This document shows positions 1 through 12,669 of a DNA stretch of 64,000 bases, one piece after another. Both the position numbers and the translations under genes were made by a program. The DNA comes from Anthoceros angustus (taxonomy: Eukaryota; Plantae; Anthocerotophyta): positions 248,001-312,000 of the forward strand of contig VJWM01000063.1 in assembly GCA_010909165.1 (NCBI GenBank), given 5' to 3'. The notes beneath the pieces were generated by a model. The model was given only the letters and a program-made list of their open reading frames with translations, did not search any database and was not told the origin of the DNA. Within the stretch, counting starts at the first letter, position 1. Each line of letters starts with the position of its first letter.

Positions 1-1500
1 TTGACTTGCCGTCTGTACGGTCTTAGGAGGTGGCGTTGGTGGTCGGGGTTCTCCGCTTGGTGTGGCATATCGTACCGTCCTTGTGCGGGGTTGGGACATA
101 GCGTCTTTGTCATATGCCTTGCGATCGCCACACGCTCGAAGTCCCCATTACCACCTCGTTGAGTGCGGACAGCGTTGGAGTAATGGCGATTCCGCATTCC
201 AACGGACCACGGCCGTCGGAGGATACGAAGGGCTCCCATGCGGTCTTTGCATCGGTGGGGCTCGTTGTATTACGGACCTCGGTTGGCGGATACATGGTTT
301 TGGGATATCGCGGCCCGGAGGGCTTCACACGATAGGCCTCTTCCCATTGCTCCTCGGCCTCCTCCTCGTATTCGTAGTCCACTTGATGCGGCCTTGAGGC
401 GGTTGGACTTCGAATGGCGTGTTGGCACCACGGCACACGAGATCGTTCGCACCGTGGTCGGTGTTTTCCGCGCTCTCGGTCCTTAACAGTTTATCGCGGT
501 CCTCTACTCTCTTTATCACTTTTCCGTCCTCCGGACTGCTACCTCCTTTGAGTCGGGTCGGGAGCTTCTCGGAGGTCTTTGGTGTCACCACCTCCTTCTT
601 ACCACCTTCTTTTTGGCGGGGCCTTCTTGCTCTTCTTCTTGCGGGATACTCTTCCTCGCTAGAGACCTCCGTCTCTTCTTGGACTGCTCCTCCTCCGAAG
701 ACACCTCATTGGTCTTCCTCCTCCTCGAAGACTCTTCCTCCTCAGTCCCGAACCCCGTTTCTTCTTCTTCTTCTTGCCTCCTTGGCGGTTCTTTATCCTC
801 GATGTAGCGATTCCTCGTAGTTTTCGGCCGCTCGACCGCCTTGCCACGTCCTTCTCGGCGGCGGCGGGGCGTGCACAGTATGGGTTTGGCTAGGCCGACG
901 CGAACCACCGTCGCTTGCATCGTGGTATGGGTTGGATGCGATCCCTCGGGGCATAGAACGCTCGATGTCTGAGCCGGCTTCTCCTTCTTCCCTCGCAGTT
1001 TTCCAACTTTGATAATACATACCCCTCTGGTGATCCCTCGAAACCGTTCTAAGAAGGCATTTTCAAAGCTTCAAGCGAGGCGGGTGGGGCATTCTCCGGT
1101 GGTCGGTACTTTCTCCGATACCATTGAGCGGTTGTCCTCGGAGAACCCCTTGGAAAATTTGGATGTGCGCGTCGACTCCCTCTCCGTTGAAGTTGGCTTT
1201 GGACATGAAGTCCTCCACAAAGGTCTCGCATCCCGCTCCTTCTTCCCTCCGAATATGGAGTCGCTTGTTTGGTCGGTAGGGGCCATGGCTGCGCCATCGA
1301 TTGGGTTAGGCGTGGGTTGTCCTACCTTCTTCCGTTGGCGTCCCTTGTACCCGTACTCGTCTTGGTGACAATTCGACCACGTTCTCCCTCCTCGATCGGC
1401 GGTGCTCTCTCGTTGGGTTTGGCGTCTCTCCCTCTCCACGGCTCAGCGAGAGTGACCACGTCCGATCCTGACAGTTCACTCTTGGCCGTCGCCCACGCAT
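1..1500 (-). mobile_element. LTR retrotransposon gag region (frameshifted; runs off window start)
   Basis: Frame-hopping minus-strand reading gives a Retrotrans_gag-like stretch (FGGKKERDA..FVEDFMSKANFNG..IQIFQGVLRG..AQWYRR, ~1110-1260), an E/K/R-rich linker and a degenerate CCHC knuckle (RACGD..HMTKTLCP, ~90-140). It starts just after the PBS. Confidence 0.65.
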
Positions 1501-1550
1501 TCACTTACCTTCTCTTCCTAAGGGCGCACTGCGGCACCAGACGATTTCAT

Positions 1551-1562
1551 TCCCGAGCGCCA
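1551..1562 (-). other. Primer-binding site of the LTR element
   Basis: Minus strand reads ...CCACA ttt TGGCGCTCGGGA: LTR-terminal CA, 3-nt spacer, then a TGG-initiated PBS directly upstream of gag. Confidence 0.65.
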
Positions 1563-1565
1563 AAA

Positions 1566-2204
1566 TGTGGCGCGACTTTTCGATGGCGGTAGGCGCGCAC
1601 AATCCGTGTCGTTGTAGGAAGAAGTCCGTTCCCAAAGGGAATGATAGGCCCGTTTGCGTTTGGTGATTCTTACCGTCCTTAGCGCTCGTTCGGTCTCAAC
1701 ACACACATACTCTAACTACTCTGGCGTTCACGTCGGGCCGGTATGGCCAAGCGTTTGAGACCCGTTGTCCGTATCGTTCACGTCCCTCACATCCATCCTT
1801 TCCTCTCTCCTCTCCGCTACACTCTTATCTTAGAAAAAAGGCGAGTTACAGGACCTCCTCGTCGTTCGGCCTCTCGTCCGGGCTCTACGCCCTCCGGAGT
1901 TCCTCCGGCTCACGTTCAGTCCGTTCGGCGCGGCTCGGCGAGCAGTCACCGATCACCCTTCCTGCACACACCACAGCGTTAAGTCGTCACGGGACCTTGA
2001 TCAATCTCCCGGGGCGTGTGCACCTTTCGGTGACTCGGGACTCACGTTAGCAAGAAGACTCACAAAGGTGCGCAGAGCGGCATCAACACCAAGAAAGATG
2101 CTTTACTAGGCGACCTCGGCCCTCTTATCTGCGCCCAAGGCGGCGTCTTTATTACACCCCTATTACGGTGATAGCCATTTCGGTATACCCTAATCGCCCT
2201 ACCA
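1566..2204 (-). mobile_element. Long terminal repeat (far boundary uncertain: 2156, 2204 or much longer)
   Basis: TG at 1566 adjoins the PBS. Minus-strand AATAAA at ~2147-2152 and a purine-rich minus-strand tract at ~2205-2227 (PPT-like). No partner LTR in the window. Confidence 0.4.
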
Positions 2205-2229
2205 TCCTATTTCCTCCCCTATCTCCTTG

Positions 2230-3500
2230 TGGGGTGGGAAGGTCACAGGCCGCCTCGGAATGGGTGGTCAATCCCGTCAGGCGGTTGTGGTGCACCCAAT
2301 CGGATGATCCGTGGCGGGGCCCTCCTCTCTCCGGAATCACTGTCGGGTTGGGCTCTGGCGGCGACAGCCGCGTCATCCTCCACAGCCTCCCCAGGTCCTT
2401 GGCGGTGGGGCCACCACTATCTGCTCCCCTAAGCGTAAGTCGAAGGGGCTCCTCCTTGCCCTTGATCCGGTCCTCGAGGTCTGTCTCGACTCCGAACTTG
2501 AGTCGGCTTACTCACAGGTCGGCCCGGCTGGGTCCAGGCCTTGTCTGGGGTCCGGACCTCGGGGTCGGACTTATTCAGTCCGGACTTGAGGTCGGACTTA
2601 TTCTGGTCCGGACTTGGTCGGCCTCCCCTCAGGGGTCGGGTCAGGACTCCGCCCGGGTTTCCTCCCTCACGGGACTCCTCAGTGGCTCTCCCTCGAAGTC
2701 CTTCGTGTTCCCGATCCGAGTGACTCCCGTTGGCCCCTCCTTCCATGGTGAGGTCGGGTGCTTCGATCGCATCCGCGCTCCCTCGTTACGCTCCTCCTTG
2801 CTCCTCTCCCGCTCCGTCATCTCAAGCAGGGGCCACTAGGGTCCCTGTCTTTGTCCCGTGGCCTTCATCTCCTTCGCTGTGTGGGAAGGTCTGAGCCCCC
2901 TCGGAATGGGTGGTCAATCCCGTCACAGCGGTTGTGGCGCAATCGGATGATCCGTGAGGCCTCCTCTCTCCGGAATCACATCGGGTTGGGCTCTGGCGGT
3001 CGACAAGCCGTTACCAGCGTCATCCTCCCTGGCCTCCCACAGGTCCTTGGCGGTGGGGCCACCACTATCTGCTCCCCTAAGCGTAAGTCGAAGGGGCTCC
3101 TCCTTCTTCGGCGGTCCTCGAGGTCTGTCTCGACTCGAACCCGAGTCGGCTTATTCACAGGTCCGTGGCTAGGTCCCTTGTCTGCAGGGGTCCGGACCTC
3201 GGGGTCCGGACTTATTCGGGTCCGGACTTGAGTCCGGACTTATTCAGTCCGGACTTGAGTCCGGCCTCCCCTGAGTCCGGACAAAGTCCGGACTCCACCG
3301 GGTTTCCTCCCTCACGGGACTCCTCCGTGGCTCTCCTCAAGTCCTCCATTCCCGATCGCCCGTGACTCCCCGTTGGCCCCTCCTTCCATGGTGAGGTGCG
3401 GGGTGCTTACCTCGATCGCATCCCGCTCCCTCGTTCTGCTCCTCATTGCTCCTCTCCGCCGCTCCGTCATCTCCAAGCAGGGGCCACTAGGGTCCCTGTC
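2230..3500. repeat. Tandem duplicated ~640-bp block with internal GTCCGGACTT(A/G) short tandem repeats
   Basis: 2230-2860 and 2880-3500 are near-identical (e.g. ccaccactatctgctcccctaagcgtaagtcgaaggggctcc in both). GTCCGGACTT arrays at ~2550-2615 and ~3190-3290. Confidence 0.8.
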
Positions 3501-5900
3501 TGTCTGGCCTTCATCTCATCAGCTTTGAGCGTCCAACTCCTTGGTAATCAGGAATTTTCCTCTCTTGAGGCCAGGCTGGGCTTACTCCTTGTTAGGTCTC
3601 GGTGTTGGTTCTCGTTGAGTCACACCCTCTCGGCATCTGGGTTGTGCTCACTGTCCCTTCTTTGCCTCCATGCCGCCTCTCCCTCACTTCCCTGCGGCTT
3701 TTCTCGGAGCTCCTTCTCCCGGTCGCCTCCCTCTCCTCCTTGGGGTGGCCCTTCCTCCATGGCCTTCAGCGGCCTTGATTAACCTCATTTTTCATGGGCT
3801 CTCTCCACGGTTCGATCCGTCTTGGTGATCCGGTCGCTCTTCTTGACTTGAGCTCACGCCAGCGCCTTTGAGGCTTCCGCCCATGGCCCGGCGCTCTGGA
3901 GAGCCTCCGCCCTCCAGAGCTCTCTCCTTGTGCCGGGCCTCCTCCGCCTCTGCTGCGCTTCCCCCTTCGCTTTGCGGTCCTCCGCCCGTGCTTGGCCTCT
4001 GAGCTTTGCCAGTGCTTCGCCTGGTGAGCCTTCCAGTCTGCTTGCACTTGGGCCTCGCGCTCCGCCTTTCCCTCCTCGCCGGGCTCCCGCCTTTCCTTTG
4101 CCCCCTCACGGCCGCCTTGCTCTTGGGTTCCACCATCCTCCTCGGGTGGCCTCCACTTCCCCAGGTCTTCTCTTTGTACCACGGAGACCCCAAAGCATTC
4201 CGTCCATGGCGGTAGCCACTCGTGTTTCTTCCACCGCGGATGAGGCCCCACAAAGTCCGTAGTGGGGCCGGCATTTCTCGATGCCAAGGACCTCCATACC
4301 CTTGATCCGGGGTAAGTCGGGGTTCTCGGACCTAATCGGGACCCTCGGGTCACGAGTGGTGAGTCGAGTCTCACCCTCTTGGCCCTCTTGGCCTCTAACT
4401 CCTTTGTGCCCTCTTTCTCCACGGGGCTCGGAGGAGGTGAGGGGTCGGGAGCAAGCTCTTTTGCCCCTTCACAGCCGGGGGGAGACCGGCTCGAGGTGGG
4501 GCTGCGCGGTGACCTCCTGCTCCTTGGGCCACGTCCCTACGCCCTCCTTAGCCTCTTGACCTCTTGCCACTCCGTGGGCGGGGTAAGTCGGCACCTTGAG
4601 GTCTTTGCGTTGGTAAGCGGCACCGTCTTCCGCCTCTTGGCTCCCGTTGAGTTCGTCGGGGCTCGGCGTCGTGGTTGTTGGCTCTTTTGCAGCCGGTCGC
4701 TCCGGCATCGGCTCCCTCTGTGCTCGGAGGGCACCAAAAGGAGGAAGGGAATCTCCTCCCAAACTTCCACAGGTGGTGAGGGGTTCGCTCGGGCGTATGG
4801 AGTCAGGAATCCTCGATCGTCCTCCTCCGAGTCGCTTGGTCTTGAAGGGCGACCCCCACCTCAGGCGCCCTTGCACGCTCTACCAGCGGGGCCTCCGGCC
4901 CTCCGGGCGCCGTTCAAGCTCTCCCTCCTTGAGCTCGAAATGTCCCCATACATGAATCGGTATGGGGTCGGCCCGATAAGCGAGGCTTCTCGCTCCTTAG
5001 CTTGCGTGCCTCTGGCCCGCAGGCGAAGATAATCCTTCCCAGTCGCTCTCTTCCCCATTGGGCGCATGCGAGAATACCAGCGGTTATCACCAAGGTGATC
5101 CACCTTGGTGGCGAGTTCAATGGACAATGATCCGGGCTACCGCCCTTACTCGGATCGGATCGGATATCAACCATCCGTTGGTTTGTGCGTTCGAGCCTCG
5201 CATTTGGCCTACTATCTTCGCCTTAAGGGGCTCTCACGCCCCTTCTTCCTCCTTGAGGCGGTTGCCATCCTCGGGACCTCAAGGTCCATCGCCTCGAGTC
5301 CTCCGGAGGTTCTTGGATCGGACCTCCTTGTTGATCGCCTTGACATCTTCGGGCAAACTCCGGAGGAGTTGTCAAGGTCCAGACCATTTGGAACACGTCC
5401 GGATGCCACTCCTGCACCAATTGCTTCCTCCGGCCGGGGCCCGAAGTCCGGATAGCGCGGGTCACAATGTTGCGCTCCACGGTCCATGGCTCCCAGAATC
5501 CGGCTTTTGGGTGCCATTGCCTTCTCCTCCTCTTGTTCTTTGGCTGGCGGCGGGTCCGGCACGATGTTCCTCCCCGCGCGTTGTTGCTCCAACCTTGCAG
5601 TGAGCCGCGCTCCGGGCGCCCAAAAGATGGCGCGAGCGGATTGCGGGCGCAAGGCTGTGATTATGCGCGCGGCGGCAACCTCCCTCCTTGGCGCTTGTGG
5701 AAATAACTGGCGGAAGGCGCCTCTTCGTTGTCCGTGCGCGAGTGCATGGCTTACTCGACCCTCGCTTCCGCTCGGCCTTCGCGCCGCGCGAGCGGGCGTG
5801 AATACCTGCGGCCTCAGCAGGTTACGGTCACGACCTCTGCATGCCCGACCTCCACTCGGGGCCGTCCGTGGCGCCGCCTCGTCATCCTCACGCCTCGCTC
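3500..5900 (-). pseudogene. Frameshifted accessory ORF with E/R/K-rich coiled-coil part, probably retrotransposon-borne
   Basis: Chain of overlapping minus ORFs (3766-4422, 4469-4876, 4861-5127, 5212-5652) with coding-like composition and no recognisable enzyme motif. Confidence 0.35.
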
Positions 5901-7549
5901 CTAGGTTACTTTCCTGGCGTACTTATCCTGTTTTGACACAGGTGGGTTCCGGACTTATCCGTTACTCGGCGTAGTCGGAGCTTGCCATAGTGGCAGGGTC
6001 CGTTGTTCACTCCAGTCCGGAGTATACTCGAGCCTCGTCGGCGCTACCCCAATTTATTCCTCCTTTTCCGCCTTATTTATCCTTCAATCCTAAAAAAGCG
6101 AAACCCTACTTATTTTCTTAACTCCCAGTGCATAGCCCATGATATCTTACCACCTTTGATGATCCCTCCTCCAGTCGCTTGGTCTTCGAAGGACGACCCC
6201 CCACCTCGGGCGCCCTTGCACGCTCTACTTCTGGCAGGGCCTCCAGCCCCTTCCGGAGCGCCCGTTCAAGCTCTCCCTCCTTCAGGAGCTCGAAATGTCC
6301 CCATACATGAATCAGGTATGGGGTCAGCCCCGATGGCGAGGGCTTCTCGCTCCTTAGCTTGCGTGCCTCCTGACTGAACCGGGCGAAGATAATCCTTCCC
6401 CAGTCCGCTCTCTTCCCCATTGGGCGCATGCGAGAATACCAGCGGTTATCACCAAGGTGATCCACCTTGGTGGCGAGTTCAATGGACAATGATCGGGCTA
6501 CCGCCCTTACTCGGATCCGGCGGATCGGATATCAACCATCCGTTGGTTGTCGCTGCGTTCGAGCCTCGGCCGCCCGTGGCGGCCTATCTTCCCCTTAAGC
6601 CTTAGGGCTGCGGCACGCCCCTTCTTCCTCCTTGGGCGGTTGTAGGCCATCCTCGGGACCTCAAGGTCCATCGCCTCGGGTCCTCCGGAGGTTCTTGGAT
6701 CGGACCTCCTTGTTGATCGCGACATCTTCGGGCAAACTCCGGACTAGGTGGCGGTCGAGACCATTTGGAACACGTCCGGATGCCACTCCCCACCAATTCC
6801 CACTTCCTCCGGCCGGGGCCCGAAGTCCGGATAGCGCGGGTCACAATGTTGCGCTCCACGGTCCATGGCTCCCAGACTTCGCGGCTTTTGGGTGCCATTG
6901 CCTTCTCCTCCTCTTGTTCTGTAGGCTGGCGGAGTCGGCAGCACGATGTTCCTCCTTCGCGCGTTGTTGCTCCAACCTTGGGTGAGCGCGCTCTAAGTGA
7001 GGCGCCCAAAAGATGGCGCGAGCGGATTGCGGGCGCAAGGCTGTGAGGATTATGCGGCTGCTGAGCCCCTCCCTCCTCGCGCTTGAAGTAAGCGCTGGGC
7101 GGCGCCTCTTCGTTGTCCGTAGCGCGAGTGCATGGCTTACTCGACCCTACGCCTGCGGCGCCGCGCGGCGCGGGCGTGAATACCTGCCTCGGCCTCAGCA
7201 GGTTACGGTCTGACCTCTGCATGCACCTCCACTCGGGGCCGTCCGTGGCGCCGCCTCGTCATCCTCACGCCTCGCTCCTACTTTCCTGGCGTACTTATCC
7301 TGTTTTGACACAGGTGGGTTCGGACTTATCCGTTACTCTCGTGGTCGGAGCTTGCCATAGTAGTGGGGTCCGTTGTTCACTCGGTCGGAGTATACTCGAG
7401 CCTCGTCCGGCGCTACCCCAATTTATTCCTCCTTTTCCGCCTTATTTATCCTTCAATCCTAAAAAAAACAGAAACCCTACTTATTTCTTAACTCCCCAGG
7501 GAAGTGCATAGCCCACAGATATCTTACCACCTTTGATGATCCCTCCTCA
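4821..7549. repeat. Tandem duplication (4821-6170 / 6171-7549)
   Basis: Same sequence twice (MSIELATKVDHLGDNRWYSRMRPMGKRA ORF in both). Junction at TCCTCC microhomology; the second copy carries many small indels. Confidence 0.85.
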
Positions 7550-8274
7550 CCTTTCTCCTATTTTCATCAAGCTGTTTTCAAAGCTACAGTTGATCCTCAA
7601 GAGCCACTAACATGATAATATTTGAAGGGGCTCAATATACAAAGCCGCTTCCCATAGAAAAAGCCACATTGTTCTCTCTGATAACCAAAAGCATGGATTA
7701 TGTGTGTGTGGTTGGAAGGGAAGGTGGTTGGTGGTAGTGTACCATGTACAGCGCATTTTTCGTTCCGGACGGTGGTGGATGAGGGCCGGGCGCGGCATGC
7801 TTGCGGGCCCTATCCACCGATGTCGAAGCATTGCTATGGCGAACTCAGCAGTGTTTTAATGCATCTTTGCGAAGGAAAGCAGAGGATGGCGCCGGCATGA
7901 CGGCGACTACTCTCCGATTATAATGTTCCACACATGTCTATGGCTTAAGAGAGCTGGACTGATCGAACCTAAGGACAATGGTCATCCATGCCGGTTTGAG
8001 TATCTGGAGGACATTGTCCAAACACGCTATCCATAACAACTTCCAGTCCTTTCAGGCGAGTGTGCTCCGTGTCTTCAAAGTTGTCAATTTCCTCCATGGC
8101 ATTATCTTCGATGGAATGGTCTTCTCCGGCGGCAGTGGCGGAGTCGTTTGTGGGCCATATAGCGTCCAGTGTCTGCTGCCCAACGTCAAGGAGGTCGCCG
8201 GACTTCTCCTTACTTCTGATGGCTGCCAAACGCACAACCTGCGACTGTGACCCATCCTTCTCAGATAGACTCAC

Positions 8275-8724
8275 CTATTTTGCCCAGAACTGGGTCGGTC
8301 CTTGCCGATGTGGCTTGTGATTCAACTCCTCTTCTGCGTCCGGGAGCACTTCATAGCCATGGATTCTCTGGGGAATGAACTCTGCGCACCTTTTGTCCAC
8401 CTCGATTGCAATGCAGTTGCGCCCGCAAAGCAAAGCAGCCAATTCTAACTTCACATCATGTTTACCTTTGTTGAATCCTTGGGGCACATCCATGATCATC
8501 AGAGTGTACTTGCGCATCCTGAGGAACCCCCTCATATCTGCTGCATCTCTTGCAATGACCTGGTACTTCACGATATCCTCTGTTTTTGGCACTGTGAAGG
8601 ATTGAAGCCCCTCATCCATGTCCATATCTGCTAGCGCTCTCTGCTCATTTTCGAGTCCCTTCCATGTATGAACCTCGAGAATAAAGGCTTGAAAATCTTG
8701 GGTAGCTTCTTGAGTCCTCAACAT
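8275..8724 (-). pseudogene. Beta-class N6-adenine/N4-cytosine DNA methyltransferase domain, internally deleted
   Basis: YQVIARDAADMRGFLRMRKYTLMIMDVPQG matches the beta-class motif III-IV pattern (i..gD.........Dl...DPPYG). LAALLCGRNCIAIEVDKRCAEFIPQRI matches the C-terminal AA...GR..IGIE.D....A..R segment of N6_N4_Mtase. TRD and motif I (FxGxG) are absent. Confidence 0.7.
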
Positions 8725-9076
8725 CTTTAATTTCTTTGAATGGGTGTCAAAGCGAAATGGGTTAGCGTGTGACGGTGCAAGGCCATGGCATGAGAAGGCG
8801 GCCCATGCGGCTCGATGGGATCTTGCAAATAATGGAAGGAAATATATTTGCCCCCCTCAAAGCGGTTTGAAAATCGGCAATAACCGTGCGAAGAGTGTTG
8901 AGGGTATTCTTGTCTCACCATTTCGGAAGGAGTCACAAGCCGGATGTTTAGCCATTACCACATGACATGAAATTTCTTAGAAGGGTAACTTCGCCATTAG
9001 TTCGAGATCAGGAGGCGATTAGTACTTTCTGTTACACTTATCGGCTGTTGTCTCCATGTGGGACACCTTGAAAGCT

Positions 9077-9460
9077 TCACCATGGCTTCCCCTGCATTTC
9101 TTTGGGCTTCACAAAAACTCCATCAACCTGTTTTGTGTCGTCGGTTGCTTTCCTCTTGCCTTTGCTCTTTTTGCTTGTTCCTGCTGTGACATGCTTCGCC
9201 TGCTCCGGTAGCTCACCAGCTTCCCACTTGGAAAAAATTTTATCCACATTTTCCCATACCTTGCCCTCTAGTTTTGAAATGCAGAGTATATGGGTTCTGT
9301 TGTCCACCTTGTTCTACTTGTACTGCTCATCTTCTCGGCCTTCGTCGTCTTCAATCAAACCTAGCACCTTGTATAGATTGAATTTCCAGTTCATGGTCAT
9401 GATGACGTGATCTCGCTTAGCTATCTGCAACTCATCCCTCGAATAGAACGCTCAATAAAA
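9077..9460 (-). pseudogene. Linker/helical region between ParB-like and MTase domains (contains NLS-like SKKSKGKRK)
   Basis: Minus ORF 9077-9307 lies co-directional between the two domains and carries a basic cluster. Confidence 0.4.
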
Positions 9461-9461
9461 T

Positions 9462-10022
9462 TCATCTTTTTCCGCTTGTCCATCGGTTGTGATCGGTGGC
9501 GAGAATCCTCATCTCGATGCAGTTAGGCTGCAACACATGGGCTTTGATCCGCCTTCCACGGTGAGATATCGGCCCGAGATCTTGCATGGTATAGGTATGA
9601 TTCCCTCGATCGCCCATCACATACTTCTTCGCTCTAAACCTTTTCCAATCAAGTTGTTCAATATCTGCGCACTCTGCAGGGTCAATCATACATAATAGGG
9701 GAAGCACTCCTTCTTCAATCCTTCCCTTTGCGATGACACGGGCAAGATAGTTTGCCCAGGCCTCATCAACTTTCCGGATCTGGGCATCAGGGGTCAGGAA
9801 TGATGCAGGCCTCAAATTTTCAAGTTTCACCAACACAGTTTCGGGCACCACCTTTTTCGAGTAAGCAGACTGACGTACATTTGTGAGGTAGTCTTCGTCC
9901 ATATGCGACGCCTCCAACCGCTCGCTGTCTGTGGCCACGTGAAGAGTTTGGATGTCATTGCTGTCGGAAAGTCTGATTGTGTGCTTCCCTTTCACAAGCC
10001 GCTGTGTATCACCCGTTTCCAC
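9462..10022 (-). pseudogene. ParB/Sulfiredoxin-like N-terminal domain
   Basis: VLVKLENLRP...QIRKVDEAWANYLARVI..G...PLLCMI...YVMGDRGNHT...AHVL....MRILATDHN follows the ParB/Srx pattern (R-motif, La.si...G...Pi.v, Y.viGGNH, ea..la..hN). Confidence 0.65.
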
Positions 10023-10099
10023 CCTTGGTGCTTTGGTCTTCCTCTCGCCTTCCTTTGTGGTTGCCCTCCGTTTTTTGGGGTTGGGCGAATCATTCTCTC

Positions 10100-10450
10100 G
10101 CGGTGGCGGGCGGCATGCTTGCGCCCATCATCTTCAGCTTCAACGATCTGGCGGCGGGCGCCCGGCTGCTCCTCTCGCCTTTGGAACATGGGGGCGCCGG
10201 CATGCGGCGCCCTCGCCCTCGCTCAGGCGGCGGGCATCTTGGCGCCCTCACGCCTCGCCCCGGGCGGGCGCGGCATGCGGCGCCCCGTCTTCACCCCAGC
10301 CGCGGGCGCGGCATGCGGCGCCCTCCTCCGCCCTCGGCGTTCGTGGGGCCGGCATGCCGGCGCCCTCCTCTTGAGGCTCTCACTGGGTGCCCGGCGCCGC
10401 CCTCGACTCGCCCTCGGTGTCTCATGAGCCGGCATGCGGCGCCCACCCTG
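10100..10450. repeat. GC-rich cluster of CGGCATGCGGCGCCC motifs
   Basis: Motif or close variant at ~10111, 10198, 10271, 10308, 10351 and 10430. It recurs at ~7794, 14712-14890, 16190-16600 and 18385. Confidence 0.75.
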
Positions 10451-10629
10451 TCGACCCCTTCCCCTCTTTGGCATTCCACCTCACCCCTCACAACGGCACC
10501 TGTGCTGGGGTGGCCGCCTGGGATGCATCTGGGTGCCCACCCTCTTCACCTTCTTCATGGGGGCATGGCGCCCATTTCTTCCTCGGGGAATAAGGCCTAA
10601 GTAGCCCAACCTCCATGCCTTCACCATCT

Positions 10630-11690
10630 TCACCTTTCGGATGCCCCAAAATCTGAATGGCCCAAAATATCTGGGACCGGCCCATCTTCTTCATCTGATG
10701 GCCCAAACGCATTATTGTCTTCATCCTCCACAAATGCCACCTCTCCTTGTGCAAAAGCTTCAAGCCCTTGGCGAGTGTTCCTGTAAGACATTTCTCGCCT
10801 ATGGATCTTGATAGATTGCGTTATCACATCGCATCGCACAAGACCCTGTATACAGACCTTCCAACCTGAACATACAAATTCACGCATCACCCTTGATTCC
10901 GACAAACGTTCAGACAACACGAGTAAGGACAGCACAAAGAGCCAAATTTGACACTCACAGGCTGTGCTCGCATCGCCTCATGAAATTTCAAAAACAAGTC
11001 TCTGGGCTCGCACTTCCGGGCATTGAAGTTAGAAATACTCAATGCAAAAACACTGTACTCATCTGTTGTCGTTGGAAGAGTGTCGAATTCATAGGGCCTT
11101 CCAGTGCATAGCACCTGCAACTTTGGGTCCTCGTTCTCCATCGTCAGTGTTGCCCACACCACCCATCCAGCCCTCGCTCTTTGGTTTGGCAGAGGTCCCG
11201 CATGTCCATATATCCACAACTTTAGCATTGGAGTCCACACAACATTCTCGGCGTCTGGCTCTTTAGCCTGAGTGAAGAACCATTCTTTCTCTAACAGAAC
11301 TGTTTCTTCAACCTGATGAGTGTGGCGCCGGACCATCACAGACTCCTCATATGAATAAGGCGAGGGGATTGGGTTCCCAGCAGCCACTGCCTTCGACCTA
11401 GGGGTTTAGGACACACTTTCTCCCGCCGCAACAGGGCCTTGGAGCTGCCTGCAGACCAATCGATCTTGTTTTCCGGGATCCTGCGCCACTTGGTAAAACA
11501 AGGATTGGTGGGGAGGGATTGCCTCCGCCGGTCGATGCATCTTGTCGCGCACCCTCCTTCATCGGTTGTTGAATCTTCTTGGGTTTTGCTTTTCTTTGCT
11601 TCTTCGGCTTCCCCACAGGATCTGGAGCCACAAGGGACCCTTTGGGCAAGTCTTTCTTGCTGCGGCGTCCGCTGGCCATGTTGCTGGTGA
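10630..11690 (-). pseudogene. Unknown frameshifted protein (K-rich N-terminus, globular middle, acidic end)
   Basis: Overlapping minus ORFs 11398-11934 (MASGRRSKKDLPKG...KPKKQRKAKPKK), 10887-11387 and 10630-10935 read as one broken gene upstream of the ParB domain. Confidence 0.4.
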
Positions 11691-12669
11691 TAAGAGCAGC
11701 CATAACACAAGATTCATAAGAGCAAGAGCAAGAGCAACCAATAAGAACCACAACACAAGATAGAACACCAACCTCGTCGTACAAAATTTCCCCAATTCGG
11801 GAGGTGCTAGCCGCTTCAGACGCCGCCGCTGTCCCTCCTTGCCTCGCGACGGACACCTGATTGCAGCACTGGAACTCCTCGCGCCCAAAATCCTCAAGCT
11901 TGAAGGCGGGAGGCCGCGTTGGGCACAGATGCACTCACCGTAATAGATGAGGGTGGATGTTCCATCGCGGCTTACCTAAATAGGTGCATGCATTATGGCA
12001 TATCCAAGGGAAATAATCCAATTTAAAGGCCCCAATATAACACACAGGGAAACTACACCCTTTATGAACATTGTGATGTGTGCCTTTCCGTATGTCTTAA
12101 AGTTTGTGTGCTCAATCATGTATGCCGTTTAAGCCTTGCCGCCATCGTTACCGCCGCCAATGTCAGTTGACCTTGTGGTTTTAAGTGATACAGCGGGGTG
12201 TGGCTATAGCCTTGGTCCTAGTCTCGGAAAACAAGCTCTTGTGTCGCGGTTCTTGTGCTCTTCCAAGCACGCTTGGGAAAAGATGTTTCATGCCACCCAT
12301 ATCAACGATGAATCGGAGGTCACTGGACTATGTGCATTTGACGCAAATCTTTCAGTCGCTTTACTGGCTATGCCATCGTCATTGACTCCATTAAATGCGG
12401 TGTAGTCGCGAGATGGCAGAAAGTTCGAGGCTTCAATCCTCGATCTTTGGACAAAACAAGCGGCAACGGAGAAGGAAGCTTGCGACGATCGAAGACCATT
12501 GTCGACCGCTGCCCTCCCGGCCTCCGAGTAAGCTATTTACATTTGAGTATCCAGGATCTGATTTAGAGCTAGCAATATGCGTAACCCTTGTGCATGATCA
12601 GGTCTTGTTTATGTGATCGGCTTTACCTGGGACGTTTTGCATTACAGTCAATGGTTTAGGATTAAACAC

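Noticed and set aside
7969-10022. Bacterial contamination as source of the ParB-MTase
   Set aside because: Contiguous with plant TEs and intron-rich genes, has an NLS-like linker and a eukaryotic transposase neighbour, and no operon-like bacterial genes.
9903-10600. Long plus-strand ORFs in GC-rich repeats (also 14.4-18.5 kb and 24.1-24.8 kb)
   Set aside because: Low-complexity R/A/P/G translations expected from stop-poor GC-rich DNA or antisense to real exons.
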